Shown piece after piece: positions 9,287-15,657 of a DNA stretch of 24,000 nucleotides (within the stretch, counting starts at the first letter, position 1; each line of letters opens with the position of its first letter). The stretch covers positions 567,839-591,838 of the forward strand of contig NZ_FUZT01000001.1 of NCBI RefSeq assembly GCF_900167445.1, read 5' to 3'. The DNA comes from Maledivibacter halophilus. GTDB taxonomy: Bacteria; Bacillota; Clostridia; Peptostreptococcales; Caminicellaceae. The notes beneath the pieces are model-generated. The model saw only the letters and a list, made by a program, of their open reading frames with translations, was not told where the DNA came from and ran no database searches. A program made the translations under genes and the position numbers.

Positions 9287-9754
9287 ATGATGCTAGAATA
9301 TATATGGGTTGCGGTTTTTGCTTCTTTTCCAGAGGCTGCATTAGCACTTCTTATGGGATTCAATCTATCAAATGTAAGGGATATAAAATTGTGGAAGATT
9401 TTAATTGTTGCAGGAATTCAATCTGGAATTGCTTTGTTTGTAAGAATGACTAATGTATATTTCGGACTTCATTCAATAGTGCAAATTATAACATTATATT
9501 TACTTGTTATTATATTTTTTAAAATTAAATATTATAAAGCCATTATTCCAGTAGCTATAAGCTATATATCACAAGTGGCACTTCAAAATATTATAATACC
9601 GATAATTAGTATAGCTTTTAGAATAGATATAGCTAATTTATATTATAATTCTAAAAAATTAATTTTAGTTAGTATTCCGGTTTCTTTAATATACTTGATT
9701 TTCCTGATGATTATTATAAGAAAAAATCTATATCTATGTGATATTAATGATTAG
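9287..9754 (+). CDS. Polytopic membrane protein (155 aa, about 5 TM helices); appears to be the N-terminal sensor half of an AgrC-like kinase, ended by an in-frame TAG
   Basis: SD AGGGGGA lies before ATG 9287. The sequence is almost entirely hydrophobic helices. It is in the same reading frame as 9758..10639, separated only by TAG (9752-9754) and one codon. Confidence 0.6.
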   Translation: MMLEYIWVAVFASFPEAALALLMGFNLSNVRDIKLWKILIVAGIQSGIALFVRMTNVYFGLHSIVQIITLYLLVIIFFKIKYYKAIIPVAISYISQVALQNIIIPIISIAFRIDIANLYYNSKKLILVSIPVSLIYLIFLMIIIRKNLYLCDIND

Positions 9755-9757
9755 AAG

Positions 9758-10639
9758 GTGGTAGTTTTGAAGAACAAAAATAAATATATAATTATATTTA
9801 CCATGTTATTTCAAGCCATTATTATAAGTATACTTAATGGTATAATATGGAATTCTAATACTTTAAATATAATTGAAGAAAATATATTCTTTAATTATAT
9901 TCTTACAGTAATTATAGTAATAACAACCACTCTTATATTTATTTCCTTAAAAAAATTTAGCTATTATGAAAAAAAGGAAGCAGAATTCAAGTTAATAAAA
10001 GCCAATATGAAAAATACAGAAGAGTTAATAAATTTATTACATTCCCAAAGACTAGAATATTTAACCCATATTCAATCTATAGGGGCACTGGTATATTTAG
10101 AAGAATATGAAGAACTATCTAAGTATTTAAAAGGTATATCTAAGAATTATAGATTCAATGGTGGTATTATCAGTGCAGGACATCCAGCACTTACTGCATT
10201 GATTAATGCTAAAAGAGAAATAGCCCGTGAAAAAAATATATTTTTCTATACTAGAATCAAACAAAAACTGAATTGTATGAATATACCTTCTTGGGATTTA
10301 TGTATACTTTTTTCAAACCTTATTGAAAATGCAATAGAAGCAGCCTCAATGACGGAGGGAAAAAAGTGGATGAAGGTAGTGATTGATTATTATAATAATA
10401 ATTTTGTGTTTGAAATTGAAAATACAGGACAAATGGAAAATAATATTATGAAAAATTTATTTAAACAGGGAAATACCTCAAAGGCATCTTCGGGAAGGGG
10501 ATATGGACTATATATTTCTAAAAAAATTCTGGACAAGTACGATGGTTCTATAGATATCAAAAATACAGATATAGGTACAGTATTATGTACTGTAACATTA
10601 CCTAGGGAGGTAGGTAATTATAATGAAGAGGTTAGCTGA
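9758..10639 (+). CDS. AgrC-like / GHKL sensor histidine kinase half (2 TM helices, Spo0B-type dimerisation helix and ATPase domain)
   Basis: GAAGGTGG (9754-9761) straddles the upstream stop. Candidate starts are GTG 9758 or in-frame TTG 9767. H-box-like segment LLHSQRLEYLTHIQSIGAL; N-box FSNLIENAIEA; G2-like SGRGYGLYISKKI. The 3' end overlaps agrB by 17 nt. Confidence 0.75.
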   Translation: MVVLKNKNKYIIIFTMLFQAIIISILNGIIWNSNTLNIIEENIFFNYILTVIIVITTTLIFISLKKFSYYEKKEAEFKLIKANMKNTEELINLLHSQRLEYLTHIQSIGALVYLEEYEELSKYLKGISKNYRFNGGIISAGHPALTALINAKREIAREKNIFFYTRIKQKLNCMNIPSWDLCILFSNLIENAIEAASMTEGKKWMKVVIDYYNNNFVFEIENTGQMENNIMKNLFKQGNTSKASSGRGYGLYISKKILDKYDGSIDIKNTDIGTVLCTVTLPREVGNYNEEVS

Positions 10640-11231
10640 TAGTATTTCAAACTATATGGCAAAGGAATTGAAATATGATGATGAAAAGAGGGAGATACTT
10701 TCCTATGGTCTACAGGTTTTTTTAGGAGATTTAGCAAAAACTATAAGTATGTTGGTATTAGCATATTTTTTAAATATTTTTATTACTACTTTAGTTGTAA
10801 TGATATCATTTGTTTTTTTTAGAAGAATTATTGGAGGAACCCATGCTGATACTTATAATAAATGTTATTTTGTTAGTGTTCTTTTAATACTTTTATTAGG
10901 AAAAGTGGGAGAAATAGTTGATCTAAAATTTACACAGATTACGATATTAATTTTAATAGTTTATATATTAGCTGTGATAGCCACAATTTTATGGATTCCT
11001 GCAGGGACTGAAAAGAAAATGATAAAAAATAAAGCTACACGAAAAAAAATAAAAATTGAAACAATGATTTTATTAACATTTTGGGCTATATTAATTAGCT
11101 ATTTAAACAGCTTAGAGCTATTTAAATATGTAATATCAAGCTTATTAGGTGTTGCTCTAGCATTTTTCTTTACAACTCCATTAGGTTATAGATTTATGGA
11201 CTTTAAATTACTTAAGATAAATATTAACTAA
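10623..11231 (+). CDS. agrB: AgrB-family autoinducing-peptide processing and export protease
   Basis: 202-aa polytopic membrane protein. The motif RRIIGGTHADTYNKCYF has His and Cys spaced H-x6-C, the same spacing as the catalytic H77/C84 of S. aureus AgrB. It lies immediately upstream of an AgrD-like peptide gene. Confidence 0.85.
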   Translation: MKRLADSISNYMAKELKYDDEKREILSYGLQVFLGDLAKTISMLVLAYFLNIFITTLVVMISFVFFRRIIGGTHADTYNKCYFVSVLLILLLGKVGEIVDLKFTQITILILIVYILAVIATILWIPAGTEKKMIKNKATRKKIKIETMILLTFWAILISYLNSLELFKYVISSLLGVALAFFFTTPLGYRFMDFKLLKININ

Positions 11232-11247
11232 AGGGGGATAATCAAAT

Positions 11248-11388
11248 ATGTTTAAAAGCTTAAAAACTTTTTTATTATCATCAGCAGCTTGTTTACTTAC
11301 TTTAGTAGCTATGAGTGGCGTTAGTACTAGATGTTGGTATTGGACTTATGAACCAGATATTCCAGAAAGCTTAAAGAGGGATTTATAA
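11248..11388 (+). CDS. agrD: AgrD-type cyclic (thio)lactone autoinducer peptide precursor, 46 aa; not in the ORF track
   Basis: SD AAGGGGGA (11231-11238) lies 9 nt before ATG 11248; TAA at 11386-11388. Translation: MFKSLKTFLLSSAACLLTLVAMSGVSTRCWYWTYEPDIPESLKRDL. It has an amphipathic/hydrophobic leader, a single core Cys and a C-terminal acidic EP-x-x-P recognition tail, and sits directly after agrB. Confidence 0.8.
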   Translation: MFKSLKTFLLSSAACLLTLVAMSGVSTRCWYWTYEPDIPESLKRDL

Positions 11389-11406
11389 TTCAAGATTTAA
11401 CTTTTA

Positions 11407-11502
11407 ATGGATGTTTTAATATGTAGCGACGATCAGTATTTAGGAAAAATGCTAGAGAAAATAACACCTTTAGTAAATAAGGTAAAAAATAGTTTACCGT
11501 AG
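11407..11502 (+). pseudogene. Probable remnant of a response-regulator receiver-domain N-terminus (31 codons)
   Basis: Translates as MDVLICSDDQYLGKMLEKITPLVNKVKNSLP*. The xxVLICxDD start resembles strand beta-1 and the acidic pair of AgrA/LytTR-type regulators. It ends at TAG and is in a different frame from the LytTR ORF. The position matches where agrA would start. Confidence 0.4.
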
Positions 11503-11525
11503 ATAAGTTTCATCTTTATCACAGT

Positions 11526-11577
11526 ATATATGGAGTACGCAATAAATTCTTATTACGTATTTCCATATATTTTTTTG
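11526..11577 (+). terminator. AT-rich hairpin plus T-run between the receiver remnant and the LytTR gene (candidate agrBD terminator)
   Basis: ATATATGGA (11526-11534) pairs with TCCATATAT (11562-11570), with further partial pairing GTACG/CGTAT. A T7 run follows at 11571-11577. Confidence 0.45.
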
Positions 11578-11618
11578 AAGCCCGTTAATATTTAGGACTT
11601 TAAAAGGAGGCAGGGATT

Positions 11619-11993
11619 ATGAAAGCTATTCAAAATGAAATATTAAATGAGAATGATAATAATTTAGATAAACTAGCTATTAAAGAAGAAGGACATATAA
11701 ATTTTGTAATGGTAAAGGACATATTATATTTTGAAAAAAGTCATAGAAAGGTTTTAGCCCATACAGCTAAAAATACATACACTTTGAACAGCACTTTAAA
11801 GGAGCTAGAAGAAAATTTAGACGATAAATTTACTAAAACCCATAGATCCTTCATAGTTAATAAGAAGAAAATCAAAAAGATAAAAGAAGTAGGTGACCGG
11901 ACATACGAAATTCAATTTTTTGATACTGATAAGAAGGCTAGTTTAAGCAGAAAAAAATATGAGGAACTAATGAAAGGCTTGTCTATTTTTTAG
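11619..11993 (+). CDS. Stand-alone LytTR DNA-binding domain protein (124 aa; AgrA-like C-terminal domain without a receiver)
   Basis: Strong SD AAAGGAGG (11602-11609) before ATG 11619. An in-frame TAA at 11601 prevents extension upstream. LytTR-type sequence: INFVMVKDILYFEKSHRKVLAHT...THRSFIVNKKKIKKIKE. Confidence 0.8.
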   Translation: MKAIQNEILNENDNNLDKLAIKEEGHINFVMVKDILYFEKSHRKVLAHTAKNTYTLNSTLKELEENLDDKFTKTHRSFIVNKKKIKKIKEVGDRTYEIQFFDTDKKASLSRKKYEELMKGLSIF

Positions 11994-12067
11994 AGAAATA
12001 ATAGATATGAGATGATTGTACAAAAGAGATTGTGTTCTACATCTTTATTTAGTAATATATTTGTAAA
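11969..12067 (+). repeat. Direct-repeat copy 1, covering the 3' end of the LytTR gene and its downstream region
   Basis: 11969-12007 matches 13457-13495 with 4 mismatches in 39 nt. About 12013-12067 matches about 13721-13776 at roughly four-fifths identity by eye. Confidence 0.8.
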
Positions 12068-12332
12068 TTAATAAATAGGGAAGTGAACTATGAAGTTTAG
12101 AAAATATGTGCTTAGATGAAATAATTAGCTTTTTTTGGCAAGAATCTAAAGGAGAGTAAGTTAAAAAGGAGAAATCTTGTTAATATGCTGTCAAAGAAAG
12201 TACCAATATAAATGGTTCTACGATGTTACTAAAATTTGTTTATTGAAAGAAGAGATTTTGTTATTAGATTAAAGCCCAAGTACTAATATAATAAGTGCTG
12301 TATAAAAAATAAAGAGGGAGGGAATATAAAGG

Positions 12333-13424
12333 ATGCTGATTCAATGTACAAAGAAACTAATGGATATTCTTAAAACTAAGACAACTTTGATTAAAGATGA
12401 AAAACCACTCTTTTCATGGCATGCAAACCTGATAAGTATTAATCGTAGAAATACCGTAGTCCTTGTCAATGATAGCAATCGTTATACAATTATTTTGTAT
12501 GGACTAAAGTCCAAAGACTTTAAAAAGCTTGATGAAATTGCAATCAATGCTATTCGTGAGACTTTACTGGCGGAAGGGATAAAAGCTGAAATTGTAGAAG
12601 AATTTATAAATGCTTCGCCTAAAGTTAGCTATGCCAAAACAAAAAATAGATCAATGGTTGCAAGGATGAATAAATCTTGTGATAATGTATATTCTTCTGG
12701 AGAAATATTGGATGCAAATTCCATAAATCAAAGCAATGTTAGTATGGTAGTAAGTGCTCTGCTTGTGGGTAATGGGAAAAATGAGTACATATATCCCAAT
12801 GAAAATATGTACAAGGATTTGGAAAACTTTGTATCTTCATCTATCTTTAGCTGTAGGGCCCTAGAGCTAAAAATATTACTTAATCTTTTAAATCACAAGG
12901 TTTGGAGAAGTATCATTGTGCCAGATTATATTACATTTAAGCAGTTTCATCATATACTTCAAATTGTATTTGATTGGAAGGATTATCATCTTCATGATTT
13001 TTATGTATTTGATGGTGACAAGCCTGTTGTTAATTTAGTTTGTAGTAATGATGCTTTTGAATATCCAAATGAAGTACCTATGCTGCAAGAAAGCAATATT
13101 AAACTATCAGAATATCTTCCTAAATACTCAAGGATAAAATACAACTATGATTTTGGCGACAACTGGGAGCACTATATTACTGTAGAAAAAACAATTGAAA
13201 ACTATATGAAAAATTATCCTATATGCATAGACGGTAAAGGAAATGCACCACCAGAGGATGTAGGTGGAGAGTTAGGGTATGATGAATTTTTAGAAGCAAT
13301 ATCTGATCCTAAGCATCCTGAGCATCATGATATGGTAAATTGGTCTAAAATGCAGGGGTATAGAAATTTTGATTTTGAATTGGTTAATAGAAGACTTAAA
13401 GTATCATTAAAGAGATTGAGCTAG
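12333..13424 (+). CDS. pRiA4b ORF-3-like (MM3350-like) domain protein with an N-terminal domain of unknown function
   Basis: C-terminal half carries the family hallmarks LELKILLNLLNHKVWRSIIVP, YNYDFGDNWEH and CIDGKGNAPPEDVGG. SD GAGGGAGGG upstream; TAG stop. Confidence 0.8.
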   Translation: MLIQCTKKLMDILKTKTTLIKDEKPLFSWHANLISINRRNTVVLVNDSNRYTIILYGLKSKDFKKLDEIAINAIRETLLAEGIKAEIVEEFINASPKVSYAKTKNRSMVARMNKSCDNVYSSGEILDANSINQSNVSMVVSALLVGNGKNEYIYPNENMYKDLENFVSSSIFSCRALELKILLNLLNHKVWRSIIVPDYITFKQFHHILQIVFDWKDYHLHDFYVFDGDKPVVNLVCSNDAFEYPNEVPMLQESNIKLSEYLPKYSRIKYNYDFGDNWEHYITVEKTIENYMKNYPICIDGKGNAPPEDVGGELGYDEFLEAISDPKHPEHHDMVNWSKMQGYRNFDFELVNRRLKVSLKRLS

Positions 13425-13456
13425 AGAATATTGTAAAAATTTTTATATGAAGAATC

Positions 13457-13495
13457 AATGAAAGACTTATCTATTCTTCAGAGAAATAATAGATA
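13457..13495 (+). repeat. Direct-repeat copy 2, part A (a duplicated LytTR-gene 3' end with no gene attached)
   Basis: AATGAAAGACTTATCTATTCTTCAGAGAAATAATAGATA aligns with AATGAAAGGCTTGTCTATTTTTTAGAGAAATAATAGATA at 11969-12007. Confidence 0.8.
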
Positions 13496-13677
13496 GGTCT
13501 TTGTTATGTTTTTGAATTATTTAATTGAGTAAATTGTATAGTTACTTTTGGCAAAAATTGTCTGCTGTATATAGTTTGAAAATTTTCATAGATATACCAT
13601 ATATATTATGCAACTTAGCCAAATTATAGTTATGCAATTTTTTTAATTATGAATTATCAAATATGTATTGGAAATGG

Positions 13678-13728
13678 TCAAATATGCCTCAAAAACGGTC
13701 AGTTATAGATGAAATATGGACAGTTGTG
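13678..13728 (+). promoter_or_regulatory. Candidate LytTR (AgrA-type) binding site: three 9-mers at a 21-bp period
   Basis: TCAAATATG (13678-13686), TCAGTTATA (13699-13707) and ACAGTTGTG (13720-13728), each separated by exactly 12 nt. The last two fit the LytTR consensus [TA][AC][CA]GTTN[AG][TG] at 7 and 8 of 9 positions. The site lies directly upstream of a promoter. Confidence 0.5.
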
Positions 13729-13776
13729 CAAAAGGGGTTGTGTTTTACATCTATGTTTAGTAATATATTTACAAAG
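13721..13776 (+). repeat. Direct-repeat copy 2, part B
   Basis: Matches about 12013-12067. It is separated from part A by about 225 bp that are absent from copy 1. Confidence 0.7.
13738..13766 (+). promoter_or_regulatory. Candidate sigma-A-type promoter of the 13857 gene
   Basis: -35 TTGTGT (13738-13743), 17-nt spacer, -10 TAATAT (13761-13766). It abuts the LytTR-type boxes and sits about 90 nt upstream of the ATG. Confidence 0.4.
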
Positions 13777-13856
13777 ATGTAAAATAGTTTTGTCGGCGGA
13801 AAGATTTTGCATTAGAAATTAGTTTTAACAATATATATTATTAAGGAGGTAAATTT

Positions 13857-14792
13857 ATGAAAAGGTCAATTAAAGTATTAACTGTTGCATTAAGTCTTAT
13901 TATTCTATTTGCATTTCAACCTGTATATGCTTACAATTTAGATAGAAGTGTTGTACAAGATAATATGTATAAATTCTATAAAGTAGATGGAATAGATTTA
14001 AAAGCGAAAAAAATAGTTATAAATTTTGAGGAGGCAATTGATAATCTGAATAGTAAAATATGTAAGTATGAAGAAAATATAAGCGAAACTAACGATACTT
14101 ATAATATCCTTATTGAAAAAGCATATGAAGTAAGTAAAGAAATAGGAATATATAATGCTTTTAAAGATGAAGTTATAAGAAGACAAAAAGAAGGTTTGAA
14201 AATTAATAAAATTACTATTTATGAGACTGAGCCTAAAGAAATTTCTGAATATACGTCAAGTGATGATTTCACATATAGGGGTTATAATATGAAAGAAGTT
14301 TTTATGGAAATTGATTATGTAGGGTTACCAGATGCAAGATATAAAGGAAAAGCAATAGAAACAGTAATAAATAAAGCTTTTACAATAGGACTTGGATATG
14401 GTCCTCCATTAGTATGGGTTCCTGCAACAATATTAGGTGTAGGTAGTCCAATAAGTCCACATACAGATGATATTTTAGTGGTAATGCCTGAATCAACTAT
14501 TACTAGTAGATATATTCTTGTTGAAGATTCAGATCATATTTATAGTAATTTAGATAATAAATATTATACTTTTTCTGGAGCACAACGTGGTTGGTATGAG
14601 ATTGACATTTCTTATCAAAGGGCAGGAAGATCGGATATAAATGAATCTCAGGAATTTACGAGAGTAACTGACCATTATTGGGACAGAAACTATTTAATAG
14701 AAGAAGCATATGATAGTTACATTAACTACTATACAGATCCATATTATGAAACTTTAGATGTTATTTATTATGATTATCCAGATGAAGACTAA
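13857..14792 (+). CDS. Secreted protein of unknown function (311 aa)
   Basis: SD AAGGAGG before the ATG. Signal peptide MKRSIKVLTVALSLIILFAFQPVYA. Tyr/Asp-rich C-terminus. Palindromic terminator downstream. No family recognised. Confidence 0.7.
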   Translation: MKRSIKVLTVALSLIILFAFQPVYAYNLDRSVVQDNMYKFYKVDGIDLKAKKIVINFEEAIDNLNSKICKYEENISETNDTYNILIEKAYEVSKEIGIYNAFKDEVIRRQKEGLKINKITIYETEPKEISEYTSSDDFTYRGYNMKEVFMEIDYVGLPDARYKGKAIETVINKAFTIGLGYGPPLVWVPATILGVGSPISPHTDDILVVMPESTITSRYILVEDSDHIYSNLDNKYYTFSGAQRGWYEIDISYQRAGRSDINESQEFTRVTDHYWDRNYLIEEAYDSYINYYTDPYYETLDVIYYDYPDED

Positions 14793-14828
14793 ATGAAATT
14801 ATCCAATTTCTTGTTCTGAAAGGAAAAA

Positions 14829-14860
14829 AGCTAGGAAATTTCATATGAAATTTCCTAGCT
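14829..14860. terminator. Perfect 32-nt palindrome, a likely terminator after the 13857 gene
   Basis: AGCTAGGAAATTTCATATGAAATTTCCTAGCT is its own reverse complement. An A-run precedes it and T-rich sequence follows. Confidence 0.6.
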
Positions 14861-14976
14861 TCTCTAAATCTTTTAATATTTATATCATTGAATTGTATTT
14901 ATAAATGTAGCATTGAAATAATTAATGGAGTATATTATATAACATATTAAAATTAAATATTGAAAGAAGGAAAAAT

Positions 14977-15573
14977 ATGAATACTAAAAAATTAATATTA
15001 GCATTGCTGATATTTATTTCAATCATTATCCTGCCATTTATATCTCCAAGGTTTGGAAGAAAGATAGATAATTTTAAATATGAGGAAACGAAAACAATAA
15101 AAGAAGATGGAGTTTCTAAAACTAAAGACACATATATTCGCGGAAGTAGTCAAATAGACATCCTGTATGATTCTGAAACAAAGAATCAATTTGATGTTAT
15201 TATAAATAATGAAGAGATATACAAAGTAAGATACGCTGATAATGATGTGTTTATTAAATTTCCTGACCAAAGAGAATACAATTATGAAACAAAAGGTAAG
15301 GATATTTTATTTAGAAGACATCATTATTTTAAGTTTTTAAATATATTAGAAAATGATATAAATAAAATGTATATATCCTATATAATTATAAACGCATTTA
15401 TTATAATAATAGGATTAGTAATGTTTTTCAATCCCAGCTTAGTTATAAACATGAGAGCTTTATTTCTATATGAAAGCTATGAACCTAGTGTATTTTATAT
15501 ATTTTTTGTTAAATTTATTGGAGCTTGCTTTATTGGTTTAGCAATACTAATAGCCCTTAGATTTATAATATAA
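14977..15573 (+). CDS. Membrane protein of unknown function (198 aa; N-terminal TM/signal anchor, two C-terminal TM helices)
   Basis: SD GAAGGAAAAA before the ATG. Hydrophobic segments LILALLIFISIIILPFI, IIINAFIIIIGLVMFF and FIGACFIGLAILIALRFII. Confidence 0.6.
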   Translation: MNTKKLILALLIFISIIILPFISPRFGRKIDNFKYEETKTIKEDGVSKTKDTYIRGSSQIDILYDSETKNQFDVIINNEEIYKVRYADNDVFIKFPDQREYNYETKGKDILFRRHHYFKFLNILENDINKMYISYIIINAFIIIIGLVMFFNPSLVINMRALFLYESYEPSVFYIFFVKFIGACFIGLAILIALRFII

Positions 15574-15601
15574 CAAAAAAAGAATGACAAGGGACGGTTC
15601 T

Positions 15602-15630
15602 TTGTCATTGTTTTGTTGTTATGGTATAAA
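15602..15630 (+). promoter_or_regulatory. Near-consensus promoter embedded in the element's left end
   Basis: -35 TTGTCA (15602-15607, part of the terminal hairpin), 17-nt spacer, TG at 15622-15623, -10 TATAAA (15625-15630). The same arrangement is conserved in all three mini copies. Confidence 0.6.
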
Positions 15631-15657
15631 TAAGGTTTAGATGAAGGTGTGAAGCAA

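Noticed and set aside
9752-9754. In-frame TAG in the AgrC-like frame read as pyrrolysine or programmed readthrough
   Set aside because: TAG is used as an ordinary stop for two other well-supported genes in this window (11619..11993 and 12333..13424). No pyl genes or recoding signal are visible. A nonsense mutation or a genuine split gene is the simpler reading.
13998-14186. 62-aa antisense ORF inside the 13857 gene
   Set aside because: It is an Ile/Phe/Tyr-rich translation of AT-rich antisense sequence, with no start context.
14922-15270. Two overlapping antisense ORFs (69 and 83 aa) opposite the 14977 gene start
   Set aside because: They overlap each other and the SD-supported + strand gene. 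Neither has an SD or any recognisable features.
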